A DNA stretch of 64,000 nucleotides from Macrostomum lignano (Eukaryota). A program made the translations under genes and the position numbers. The stretch lies in NCBI GenBank assembly GCA_002269645.1, contig NIVC01001716.1, forward strand, positions 124,001 through 188,000, read 5' to 3'. The notes under the pieces were generated by a model, which was not told where the DNA came from, made no database searches, and worked only from the letters and a program-made list of their open reading frames with translations. This document shows, one piece after another, positions 1 through 11,577 of the stretch. Within the stretch, counting starts at the first letter, position 1. The number at the start of each line of letters is the position of its first letter.

Positions 1-532
1 AACTATTATTCCAGCCTACTGTTAAGTAGTCAGATATGTCCATTTTGGCCATAGACTGCGTCGTTTTAATCTTCTAAAAATAATTCGAAACTAAGAGTAA
101 ACCATGCGCGCTCTGAAACACTGACCAGAGAGACGGATCAAAAACGGAGGGATCAATACAATTTGGACGAAAAAGCAAATAAACAAAGATTTTCGCGTTA
201 ACAGAAAACGGAGGCTAACTTATAAGAAAGCAACAAAGACACAACTCAGTAATAATAGAGCATTTAAATATCTGTGGAAATAATCCGGATGAAATATATA
301 ATGATTTACAACTTCCTGTTTCATAAATATTAGTTTCTATTCCGCAGTTTGTCTTATCATTATTAGCCACACGCAACAAATATACTACTGATCAGTAGCT
401 CTAAACACAAATGAACAGTAAAAATGTGTTTAAAAGCATAAAATTGAACTAGCAAATTAGGCATTACTACACAAGCACAGCGTGTGTATTCAGAGGTTCA
501 GAGCATAGCCCAAACAATTTAAACAAATTAAT

Positions 533-615
533 TTACAGTTCCGGAGACTCCCAATTTACCGGACGCGAGTCCGAACGCTCCGATTTCGTGATTCGAACCT
601 GACCGATTGGGAGTT
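533..615 (-). CDS. ZDHHC14: ZDHHC palmitoyltransferase, candidate terminal exon 6 (ELPIGQVRITKSERSDSRPVNWESPEL*)
   Basis: Acceptor CCCTTTCAG at 616-624; phase 1 fits exon 5; open to TAA at 533-535; AT-rich 3' UTR follows. Not homology-supported; alternative terminal exon at 2432-2457. Confidence 0.45.
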
Positions 616-724
616 CTGAAAGGGATTTGGGAAGCAAAGTAAGACACCGCTTTTTTGACTAGAAAAAAGTTACGCAGTCTAGCAGTGTGCTGAGTTTGTG
701 GGAATCAAAGGGTTCCTTAAACCT

Positions 725-1782
725 AACCCACTGATCACCTGGGGCACTGCAACAACCCACTGATCACCTGGGGCACTGCAACAACCCACTGATCACCTGG
801 GGCACTGCAACAACCCACTGATCACCTGGGGCACTGCAACAACCCACTGATCACCTGGGGCACTGCAACAACCCACTGATCACCTGGGGCACTGCAACAA
901 CCCACTGATCACCTGGGGCACTGCAACAACCCACTGATCATCTGGGGCACTGCAACAACCCACTGATCATCTGGGGCACTGCAACAATCCACTGATCACC
1001 TGGGGCACTGCAACAACCCACTGATCACCTGGGGCATTGCAACAACCCACTGATCACCTGGGGCACTGCAACAATCCACTGATCACCTGGGGCACTGCAA
1101 CAATCCACTGATCACCTGGGGCACTGCAACAACCCACTGATCACCTGGGGCACTGCAACAACCCACTGATCACCTGGGGCACTGCAACAATCCACTGATC
1201 ACCTGGGGCACTGCAACAACCCACTGATCACCTGGGGCACTGCAACAACCCACTGATCACCTGGGGCACTGCAACAATCCACTGATCACCTGGGGCACTG
1301 CAACAACCCACTGATCACCTGGGGCACTGCAACAACCCACTGATCACCTGGGGCATTGCAACAACCCACTGATCACCTGGGGCACTGCAACAATCCACTG
1401 ATCACCTGGGGCACTGCAACAACCCACTGATCAACTGGGGCACTGCAACAACCCACTGATCACCTGGGGCACTGCAACAATCCACTGATCACCTGGGGCA
1501 CTGCAACAACCCACTGATCACCTGGGGCACTGCAACAACCCACTGATCACCTGGGGCACTGCAACAATCCACTGATCACCTGGGGCACTGCAACAATCCA
1601 CTGATCACCTGGGGCACTGCAACAACCCACTGATCACCTGGGGCATTGCAACAACCCACTGATCACCTGGGGCACTGCAACAACCCACTGATCACCTGGG
1701 GCACTGCAACAACCCACTGATCACCTGGGGCACTGCAACAACCCACTGATCACATGGGGCACTGCAACAACCCACTGATCAC
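725..1782. repeat. 29-bp minisatellite (AACCCACTGATCACCTGGGGCACTGCAAC), about 36 copies
   Basis: Head-to-tail near-identical units with no spacers. Confidence 0.97.
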
Positions 1783-2454
1783 TGTAGAAATAAACTGCTA
1801 TATAAAGCTACATCACTTCGCACTGTCATTATACACGAATCAGTTCAGAACCTTCACCATTATAGTTAATTAGGCAGTTAACCAAGCATATTGAGCATAT
1901 TATCCGGGTAAATGCAAGTTTGAGTTACAAAATGCACTATAAATATGCAGCCAATTTTAGTATCATGAAAACTGTGTAATGGAAATTCCAATTCAATTCT
2001 AAAGAGCTGTTTACTGTAATTAGCAAAAATATGCAATTATGCTACTATTAATGAGTTAATCAATGTAGGTTTAGCAGTCTACTAAAAGCTGGGTAGGCAT
2101 TGTTAATTAAATAATCCAATGCAGCAAAGTGCATCTCTGTGTGATTTAAACAGAAGTCTGCACAGGAGCAACCACCAAATTATTGATAGATGCACTTTAA
2201 TGAATGCAAAAATCAGCAGCTAATACTTGCAGTAGTGGGCTGGTTCAAAATCAAAAGAGACACGCTCGTTAGTAATGCTTCGGTGTGAAGGTAGAAGTTG
2301 CTGAAATATTCAACGATTTCATAACAGAGAGAACTATTAATATGACGAAAAGTGAGTAGCAAAAAAGTAGCTGGGGTTGAGACTGTGAACTAAGTTCACA
2401 ATTCTCAGTAGCTTAGCATTGCGGGCCAGCCTTAGCCATGAGGGTACGGATAGA

Positions 2455-3080
2455 AACCTGAGGGTATGGAGGGGAAGCTGAGGGCATGGAGGGGAACCTG
2501 AGGGCATAGAGGGGAAGCTGAGGGCATGGAGGGGAAGCTGAGGGCATGGAGGGGAAGCTGAGGACATGGAGGGGAAGCTGAGGGCATAGAGGGGAAGCTG
2601 AGGGCATGGAAGGGAACCTGATTGCATGGAGGGGAATCTGAGGGTACGGAGGGAAACCTGAGGGCATGGAGGGGAACCTGAAAGTTGGAGGGGACCTGAG
2701 GGTATGGAGGGGAATCTGAGGGTATGGAGGGGAATCTGAGGGTATGGAGGGTAAACTGAGGGTATGGAGGGTAAACTGAGGGTATGGAGGGGGACCTGAG
2801 GGTATGGAGGGGAATCTGAGGGTATGGAGGGTAAACTGAGGGTATGGAGGGGACCTGAGGGTATGGAGGGGAAACTGAGGGTATGGAGGGGAAACTGAGG
2901 GTATGGAGGGGAACTGAGGGTATGGAGGGGAACTGAGGGTATGGAGGGGGACCTGAGGGTATGGAGGGGGACCTGAGGGTATGGAGGGGGACCTGAGGGT
3001 ATGGAGGGGGACCTGAGGGTATGGAGGGGGACCTGAGGGTATGGAGGGGGACCTGAAGGTATGGAGGGGAACCTGAGGGT
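2455..3080. repeat. 19-20-bp minisatellite (CTGAGGGTATGGAGGGGAAC), about 31 copies, intronic
   Basis: Direct tandem units; source of the spurious ORFs at 2337-3435. Confidence 0.95.
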
Positions 3081-3158
3081 ACGGAAGCGTGACAAAGCAA
3101 CCATGTGCAGACACGGGAAGCAGAGGAGCAGAGTTGATTACGTGTGCGCAGGACTCAC

Positions 3159-3519
3159 CCTCGGCCTGCGCCACCGAAGCGGTCTCCGTGCTGCCGTACT
3201 GCGGTTCGCCGCGTCGCCTGCCGCCACCGGCCCCGGCGCCGTTGCTCAGCAGGCCCTCAGCCGACGACAACTCCCTGGCGCCGTTGTCCTCCTGATCGTC
3301 AAACTCGCCCCCATCTGTGTTGCTAATAACGCCGGCACCGACGCCGTCAGCGTAGGGTTCGCCGTCCGAGTTATTTTCGTCGTCGCGCCAGGGCCGAACG
3401 TTCAGCAGCGATGGCTGGGTCGGGCCGAACAGCACGTAGCAACAATTGGCGCAGCCGTCGCCCCGATCGAACGGATTGATGCAGTCCGGATTGCGCTTCT
3501 TGTTGAATACGCCTTTGAT
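3159..3519 (-). CDS. ZDHHC14: ZDHHC palmitoyltransferase exon 5 (IKGVFNKKRNPDCINPFDRGDGCANCCYVLFGPTQPSLL...)
   Basis: TCTCTGCCAG acceptor, GTGAGT donor. The IKG...NPF..G...NCC.VL.GP..PS motif follows TTNED in the ZDHHC9/14/18 (Erf2) subfamily. Confidence 0.9.
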
Positions 3520-3681
3520 CTGGCAGAGAAGTAGCGCACATTCATATGCAAATGTACAGGTATGTACACAGATTGCTTCACTGCTACTCTTAGTAGTTGA
3601 CGCGAATTATTAGTTTTATGGTTCATGCAATTTAAATTGACGAATATTTAAAGACATACGGGACGACCAGCCAGCCCGCCC

Positions 3682-3943
3682 GCCAGACAGACAGACACAC
3701 AGACACACACACAGAGACAGACACACACACAGAGACAGACACACAGACACACACACAGAGACAGACACACAGACACACACACAGAGACAGACACACAGAC
3801 ACACACACAGAGACAGACACACAGAGACAGACACACAGACACACACACACAGAGACAGACACACAGACACACACACAGAGACAGACACACAGACACACAC
3901 ACAGAGACAGACAGACAGACAGACACACACACACACAGAGACA

Positions 3944-3978
<35 letters not shown>

Positions 3979-4043
3979 AGACAGACAGACAGACACACAC
4001 ACACACAGAGACAGACAGACAGACACACACACACAGAGAGACA

Positions 4044-4078
<35 letters not shown>

Positions 4079-4416
4079 ACAGACAGACAGACACACACAC
4101 ACAGAGACAGACAGACACACACACACACAGAGACAGACAGACACACACACACACACACAGACAGACACACAGACAGACACACAGACACACACACACAGAC
4201 AGAGACAGACAGACACACACACACAGAGACAGACAGACACACACAGACAGAGACAGACAGACACACACACACAGACAGAGACAGACAGACACACAGACAG
4301 ACACACACAGACAGAGACAGACAGACACACAGACAGACACACACAGACAGAGACAGACAGACACACAGACAGACACACACAGACAGAGACAGACAGACAG
4401 ACACACACACATACAC

Positions 4417-4447
<31 letters not shown>

Positions 4448-4806
4448 CAGAAAGACAGACACACACACAGACAGACAGACACACACACACAGACAGACAG
4501 ACAGACAGAGAGACAGACACACAGACAGACAGACACACACACAGAGACAGACAGACAGACAGACACACAGACACACACACACAGACAGAGACAGACAGAC
4601 ACACACACACAGAGACAGACAGACACACACAGACAGAGACAGACAGACACACACACACAGACAGAGACAGACAGACACACAGACAGACACACACAGACAG
4701 AGACAGACAGACACACACACAGACACACACAGACAGAGACAGACAGACACACAGACAGACACACACAGACAGAGACAGACAGACAGACAGACACACACAC
4801 ATACAC

Positions 4807-4837
<31 letters not shown>

Positions 4838-4976
4838 CAGAAAGACAGACACACACACAGACAGACAGACACACACACAGAGACAGACAGACAGACAGAC
4901 AGAGAGACAGACACACAGACAGACAGACACACACACAGAGACAGACAGACAGACACACACACACACAGAGACAGAC

Positions 4977-5033
<57 letters not shown>

Positions 5034-5147
5034 GAGACATACAGACAAACAGACAGACAGACACAGAAAGACAGACACACACACACAGAGACAGACAGAC
5101 AGACAGAGAGAGAGAGACAGAGAGACAGACAGACAGACAGACAGAGG

Positions 5148-5191
<44 letters not shown>

Positions 5192-5195
5192 TAGA
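3682..5195. repeat. Compound (CA)n/(GACA)n/(GA)n microsatellite, about 1.5 kb, intronic
   Basis: Almost pure A/C/G simple repeat; gives the CVCLSV pseudo-ORFs. Confidence 0.98.
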
Positions 5196-5364
5196 GATTA
5201 CAGACACAAAGACTGATAGGCCTCAGATGCAGAGGCCCTAGAAAATTCTAACTCACTAAGGGCCCAAAATGACAGAGGCTGTTTAACAGCCGTAAATGCT
5301 CCTGGGTCCGGTCGGCCCAGTGCTCGTAAAAATACAATTAAAAGCTGCAACTAGAAGTGCTTAC

Positions 5365-5467
5365 GTCCTCATTAGTAGAGACCTCGCGGCACATGAGCAG
5401 CACATGGAAGCCGGCCAGACCCATCACTGACCAGATGGAGAAGAAGGCCACCAAAGCCACCAAGATA
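5365..5467 (-). CDS. ZDHHC14: ZDHHC exon 4 (SILVALVAFFSIWSVMGLAGFHVLLMCREVSTNED)
   Basis: TM4 plus TTxE-like motif (STNED); GTAAG donor; begins after an AC 3' splice site. Confidence 0.92.
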
Positions 5468-5607
5468 GTGCAAGCGGCAATTTTGATTTTTTGTTTGGTT
5501 AAGGAAAAAGTAATTTATGATACTTTTGCGGCACAAAAATAAATAAAAACACAAAATAAAAATGATTACTCTAGTACTTCGATAATTTCAGCGAATAAAA
5601 AGGATAT
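5468..5607 (-). other. U12-type (minor spliceosome) AT-AC intron, 140 nt
   Basis: 5' end ATATCCTTTTT, branch site TTCCTTAAC (5506-5498), 3' end GCAC. Removing it joins the frame ESPA-S-ILVAL. Confidence 0.9.
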
Positions 5608-5659
5608 CTTGCAGGCGACTCTTTCAATGCGTCAAATAAGTTGTCCTTGGCCTTCGCAA
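5608..5659 (-). CDS. ZDHHC14: ZDHHC exon 3 (LAKAKDNLFDALKESPA)
   Basis: TTTCTCTTTCAG acceptor; 52 nt fits the phases on both sides; resembles the LK(D/E)SPAS motif of the subfamily. Confidence 0.88.
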
Positions 5660-5730
5660 CTGAAAGAGAAAGGATAAAAAGATGCGTTCTTAGTATTGAC
5701 TTTCAAAAACCAGTTCAATGCCTAGGGTGT

Positions 5731-6539
5731 GGCTGCTCAGCCTGAGGATCTGGGAGGCTGGCTGCTCAGTCTGAGGATCTGGGAGGCTGGCTGCTCAGTC
5801 TGAGGATCTGGGAGGCTGGCTGCTCAGTCTGAGAATCTGGGAGGCTGGCTACTCAGTCAGAGTATCAGGGAGACTGGCTACTCAGTCAGAGTATCAGGGA
5901 GACTGGCTACTCAGCCTGAGGATCTGGGAGGCTGGCTGCTCAGTCTGAGGATCTGGGAGGCTGGCTGCTCAGTCTGAGGATCTGGGAGGCTGGCTACTCA
6001 GTCAGAGTATCAGGGAGACTGGCTACTCAGCCTGAGGATCTGGGAGGCTGGCTGCTCAGCCTGAGGATCTGGGAGGCTGGCTGCTCAGCCTGAGAATCTG
6101 GGAGGCTGGCTGCTCAGCCTGAGGATCTGGGAGGCTGGCTGCTCAGCCTGAGGATCTGGGAGGCTGGCTGCTCAGTCTGAGGATCTGGGAGGCTGGCTAC
6201 TCAGTCTGAGGATCTGGGAGGCTGGCTGCTCAGTCTGAGGATCTGGGAGGCTGGCTGTTCAGCCTGAGAATCTGGGAGGCTGGCTGCTCAGCCTGAGGAT
6301 CTGGGAGGCTGGCTGCTCAGTCTGGGGATCTGGGAGGCTGGCTGTTCAGCCTGAGGATCTGGGAGGCTGGCTGCTCAGCCTGAGAATCTGGGAGGCTGGC
6401 TGCTCAGCCTGAGGATCTGGGAGGCTGGCTGCTCAGCCTGAGGATCTGGGAGGCTGGCTGCTCAGTCTGAGGATCTGAGAGGCTGGCTGCTCAGCCTGAG
6501 AATCTGGGAGGCTGGCTGCTCAGCCTGAGGATCTGGGAG
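5731..6539. repeat. 29-bp minisatellite (GGCTGCTCAGCCTGAGGATCTGGGAGGCT), about 28 copies, intronic
   Basis: Direct tandem units inside ZDHHC intron 2. Confidence 0.97.
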
Positions 6540-6597
6540 TGTGACCGCTAAGAGAATATTCGTAGCAACAAGAGTTCACAAATAAAATTGTACTCAC

Positions 6598-6894
6598 GAA
6601 TGGCAATATTGGCAATGGAGAACACCATAATGTAGACGCAGTACACGGATAGACTGGCCAAAAACATGAAAAAGTATCGATAATTCCGCCTGCCAACGCA
6701 GTTGCCAACCCAGGGGCAGTGGTGATCGAATCTGTCAACGCAATTGTCGCAGCTGGAGCAGTGGCTAGCCCTGGGCGGGCGCCACAGTTTGCAGGTGTAG
6801 CAGTACTTCAGTTTGAACACGCGACCGCCGATTACAACGTCTTTGAGACGAGGCTGCGGCCTGTAGGCGCCGTGCGGCTCGGCTTTGGGCGGCT
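6598..6894 (-). CDS. ZDHHC14: ZDHHC exon 2, DHHC cysteine-rich domain
   Basis: [65 protein letters not shown]; ATCCAG acceptor, GTGAGT donor. Confidence 0.97.
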
Positions 6895-7392
6895 CTGGAT
6901 TGAGGAGAGGAACAGAGGTGTTGAAGGACTTGGATCATTAAGGGGGATATTTAAGGTAAGAATTCAATTTTAGTATATAGGAGGGACAGGAGCATTAGGA
7001 GTCGATTTTCGGAGTACCTACCTACATGGACTTAAAGGGGGATTTAAAAGAAAAATATGAAGCCATTTTTTCGCCTCGTTGAACTATCAAGGGGATCCCT
7101 TTGAAAGCAGTCACACGAAAGTCAAGTTCACGGGTTAAATTCTTGTTGCACAGCTTCTTTTTAAAACAATGAATAACAATTCCATGGTCAACCTGTTGCC
7201 ATCTGATGAATGGCTAGAAGCTCCGCCTCGGTAAAGGCCAGTGACCAACAAAGTCAAAGCTGATGCAGACAAATGCAGTTAGCGCGCTGATGAAACTTGG
7301 AAGCTTGGCAAGGCCGCACTGATGCGCAGTGCTGATTGGCGCACAGGGGTGCATTGAATACACTAGCGCTTAAGCGTCAACACCACGATTAT

Positions 7393-7586
7393 TGAACGAC
7401 TTTTTCGCGACTCTTTTTTACGATTTTACAACTCACGTGACGCGCTTGTGACGCAAGAGTCGCCTCTCTGGCGGCTTTTTGAGTCGTTAAAAAGTCAAAA
7501 AAGTTGCCCCACGGTCGCTACAGTCACCAATGAGTTGTTTCCAAAGGCTCTTTAGCAATTCTTGTGACAGTATTGTCTTCAACGGG
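7393..7586. repeat. Fragment of an interspersed repeat, related to 61543-61805
   Basis: Shares CACGTGACGCGCTTGTGACGCAA.AGTCGCCTCTC...GAGTCGTTAAAAAGTCA...TTCAACGGG with the copy near 61.6 kb. Confidence 0.8.
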
Positions 7587-7606
7587 ATGTTCAGTCTAGG
7601 ACTTAC

Positions 7607-7910
7607 CGATCTCCTCCTCAATCCAGGCTGCCTCCTCAGGCGTGCCCCTGGGAACAATGCCCGGATCTGAGCAGGTGGTCCTGAACAGGCAGCACAGGAC
7701 GAATACAAACTGTACAGCGGCAGCAGCTGGGACAGCCGGAGACAGACTGGCTGCTAAGAACCGACAATCGAATGCGAAGAACAGAGCCGAGCAAATGATG
7801 ATTAAGCCAAGAGTCAGGTAGAAAATTGCCATATTTCTAGCCATAACGCAGCGACCACCGCAGGCAATGCGACTGCGGCCGCGATACTCTCGCCAAGGTG
7901 GCTCCGGCAT
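7607..7910 (-). CDS. ZDHHC14: ZDHHC exon 1 (MPEPPWREYRGRSRIACGGRC...IFYLTLGLII...FFAFDC...SDPGIVPR)
   Basis: N-terminus typical of ZDHHC9/14/18; GTAAGT donor at 7606. Subfamily is certain; the exact orthologue is not. Six-exon model totals 1200 nt (399 aa). Confidence 0.93.
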
Positions 7911-9883
7911 GCTTGGCGGCAGGTGAGGAGCGAGTGGACTGGCAGGTCTAATTGGGACTTAGCTTAAAGCCGCATTAGCAACTCCAGGAGCAGGATCTCT
8001 TAGCAGTAGAGAGGGATCAGTATCTAGAGGTCATGAATAAGGATTAATTAAAGGTATTTGAAGGACTCAGGGGAAATCTAATTGCAATTGGAATTTCTAG
8101 CCATAGCAGTGCTATATCAAGTGAGATATATTTTGGCAAGAACAAATCACAACAATTAGGGATAAATGGCACAGAAATCTGTTAATAATATATTAACATT
8201 CTACAGGACTTGTCAACTTTCAAGTCTGTAAGTGTACACATCCTTGTGCAACTAGGCCCCCAGAGACTGGCTTTTGGTGTTGATTATCAGATAGAAATAG
8301 GCTTGTCAAATCTTGAAAAATATCATTCAGTTAGATAGGCCCTAGCTATCATACTACTTCAAGTTGTAATTATGATAATTGTTCTACCTTCTAAATGAGT
8401 TCACTGTTGTTATCAAGTTGTCATAGTGCTGACTTACTTAAAATCTTAACTGCTATTACCAAAGTTATAATGGGGTTTTACTAATTTCACTAATGCCATC
8501 AAGTTGTAATAAACTATAATTAACCTTTGAGCACAAGTCCTAACCCTATTGGAATAAAATAAAAAGCTATATATGGCATGCAGGGATATAAACATGCTGG
8601 TCTATTATAAGTGGCTTTGGCACTCCTATGTAATAAAAAAGTTATATGCTAGGCGACTAGGCAAATTACTTATCATATATTATAATCCTATTTAGATAGG
8701 CAAATGACTTATCATGTAATTAATCTGCTATTAGCCAGTGCTCTAATGTGCAATAAGGCATTAATATTCCATGGCATTTAGAACTAGGTTCCAAAAAGAC
8801 TGCATAGCAATTGGTAGCACAATTGATACCCTAGCTTCCAAAAGGGGATAGCAAAGAATTTGAACATTCATCTTATCTATTTATATACAATGAACTAGCC
8901 AAGCTATTGCATTTTCATAGGCCTATTAGTGGTCAATAAGTGGCAATATCAGAAGCATAGCATGTGTATAACATTATAGTAAAAATGTAGTTGTCATTTG
9001 AGACTGCGTAGAATTTCAGATGTTTACTTTATTTTCTTGGTTTTAATATTGGTTGTTATCTATTGTTTTTATGCCATTTATTTCAATTTTTTATTCTTGA
9101 TTAGGATTATAGAAATAAAAAATCATATTTAACAACCAATAAAATAAAAATGATTAAAATAACCTAGCTTTTAATGATTCAATAGATTATCAAAAAAATT
9201 AGGCCTATTTCCTAATTTTTGCAAAAAGTAGAAAATCATAAGCATAAAATATCATTTTTCATTTTTGTCTTGACATATTTTTGTATACAATATAAGTCAG
9301 TTGGTGTACATTGGTGTAAAAGACTCAAAGAGCTACACCTAGAAAAACAAATTTTGTTCCAGTGAACACTAGGGGCCTAATATACAATGCTAATACTAGA
9401 ATTTATATATATAGGCCTATTCCTTTATATATATAAAGGAATTTCTTTTAATTAAAACAAATTGAAATCAAATTTCCAAACTTATTTTTATATTAACCAA
9501 ACTAATATTATATTATATTATTATTATATACATAAGAAAATATATAAAAAAAGTTTGGAAATTTGATTTTAATTTGTTTTAATTAAAATAAATTCCTAGG
9601 TTTCAATAGCTTATAGGCCTACAATAATAACTTCTGATCAAAGAATACAACTTACAAGTGATTAGGCCTAGAATAATGCCAATGCCAAGCAAACTAAACA
9701 TAATGTTCATAATTTCTAGAGGTACTATTAAAATGTTCATTGCTTTTAGAAAATTTTCAGAAATTTTTTAAAGGGGGCCCAGATTAATAAGGTATGCCTA
9801 CTTAGTAATTGATTTTTATGCATTCGATGATTTATTACCAAAAAAATCTAACTCGATTCAAACTAGGGCCTAGGCCTAACCGC

Positions 9884-10288
9884 GGCAATGTCCTAGTTTC
9901 TCGCATTAAATTATTTTGACCCAATTTTTGTCATTTTCAGCACAAATCATGGCTGGATGACTTCGAGCACTGCGAATATCATACCTCCTGCTACTTTGCA
10001 GCCATCAACTGACCTCTGTGACCTTGAGATCAGTCACTGCGATCTGGTACTGTTGACAGTTGATGCTGAGTCGACTATGCATTGGCTGGCAACCTATCAT
10101 CTAATAGCAAACTCATGGAACTGCAGCCACCGTCAGGAAGCTTTCTGTACTGGCTGACACATTACTACACCGTGTAATACTCCTTTTAAGACCTAAGACT
10201 CATTTTAAACTTTTAATAAACTTGCTTTTGTTTGTTTATTTTAAATTTCGGGTCAAAATAATTTAACGCGGGAAACTAGGACATTGCC
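9884..10288. mobile_element. 405-bp MITE-like element with about 43-bp TIRs, Merlin-like termini
   Basis: TIR GGCAATGTCCTAGTTTC(T/C)CGC(A/G)TTAAATTATTTTGACCC at both ends; flanks CTAACCGC / AAAACCGC (6/8 match). Confidence 0.6.
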
Positions 10289-11577
10289 AAAACCGCTACT
10301 GCACTGCAACAGAACAGACCGATGTTATCGCAGGTCGTTTTGGTCTAAAATTTACTAACGAATACAATTTTTTATGGCTTTTAAATTTTATAAATTTTAA
10401 ATTCATCTCTGCATGATAGATGATACTGCATGGCATCGGAGTCGGACTAATTCAATACGACGACAATAAGCTGACAACCATCAGTCAATTTTCTTAGAAA
10501 AAAGGACAAAAAAGTTTTTTAATAAAGAATTAAAAATATACTTAATAGCTTAAACAAAACATGTTAAAATTCTAAACTAAAAAAGCTTTTTTAGACTTCC
10601 AAACTCATCTAAGATACTAAAAAACCCAGAGCGAAGACAGACTAAAAAAGAATGGCACAGTTTTAGTAACGGCCGTTTGCAATGTGATTCAGGTTGGAAT
10701 GCCGTATTGACAGCTGACTGTATAGTATGTAAGCATCAGGTATTTAAGATGTAATTAAACGATGCTTAGTTTGTCCTTTAGTTTATTTTTCCATTTTACA
10801 TTTGGTTTGAGAAAGAAGCCAAATTCTGCCAAAATAAGTGATGTCCAGTAGAGTAGCTAGGAGGGGGGGATACGGGGATATATCCCCCCATTTTGATGAT
10901 TTATAGGAAACGAAAACATTTTTTGAAAAAAAAATGCAAAATAAAGCGGCTTAGACCTATCAAAATTGCCAAAAATTGGCCTTTTCACTCGTAAATTACT
11001 ATTAAAATGTTTTTAAACGATATTTCCACGAATACCTAGTTCCTAAAATGCCATGTAGTCAGGACAGACGTCTGCCGGCTTTTCTGATTTTAACAAAAGA
11101 AAGTTTTTTTAGCCTAATAAACATGGTTTTGGTACTTTAAATGCATTTTTAGCAGAAAAATCGCCAAAAAACTATTTTATTAGTATACAATTTTGTCCCT
11201 TTAAGTTATCCCCTCTTTAAAATCCTAGCTACGCTACTGATGTCATAAGGTATTAATCTAAAACCAGTGACTGATCCGGGCACACAATGCGATGCACTTT
11301 AAAATTAACCAAAAAGAAACTTGATGTCTTTTTATAATTGACTGGAACGCATGTTTCAGCGAAAAAAAGTCTAATTTAACAGCAAGACATAAGGCGAGGC
11401 AAAAAATTAAAGAAAATACAAAATATCAAATAATCTAGATGGGTATTCATTGCATTCTGTGTCTCCAAAAAATATCTGAATCAAGCAGATGCACAAAATG
11501 ATGAGCAGAATCTGGAATCGATCGCGAAAACAAATCACAATTTGGCTGGAGAAAAAACGACGGAAAATTCCGACTAA
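10113..11577 (+). CDS. Candidate small membrane-protein gene (exons about 10113-10172, 10420-10483, 10661-10703, 11439-11577; possible upstream exons 8207-8227 and from 9941)
   Basis: Phase-compatible AG/GT exons give ...GSFLYWLTHYYTMILHGIGVGLIQYDDNKLTTIILVTAVCNVIQVGMPWVFIAFCVSKKYLNQADAQ...ENSD*. Some splice sites are weak and I do not recognise the family. Confidence 0.35.
10846..11239. mobile_element. 394-bp MITE with 17-bp TIRs (CAGTAG(A/C)GTAGCTAGGA)
   Basis: TIRs differ by one base; direct repeat ATGTC on both flanks. Confidence 0.7.

Noticed and set aside
2337-5207. Long ORFs (PPYPQVPLHT..., CVCLSV...)
   Set aside because: These are translations of mini- and microsatellites lying inside ZDHHC introns.
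725-6539. 29-bp arrays resembling CRISPR repeats in length
   Set aside because: Units are contiguous with no unique spacers, no cas genes are present, and the context is eukaryotic introns.
9018-9135. T-rich hydrophobic frame (VYFIFLVLILVVIYCFY...) as a NUMT or TM exon
   Set aside because: Low-complexity AT-rich sequence gives such peptides by chance; no recognisable mitochondrial motif.
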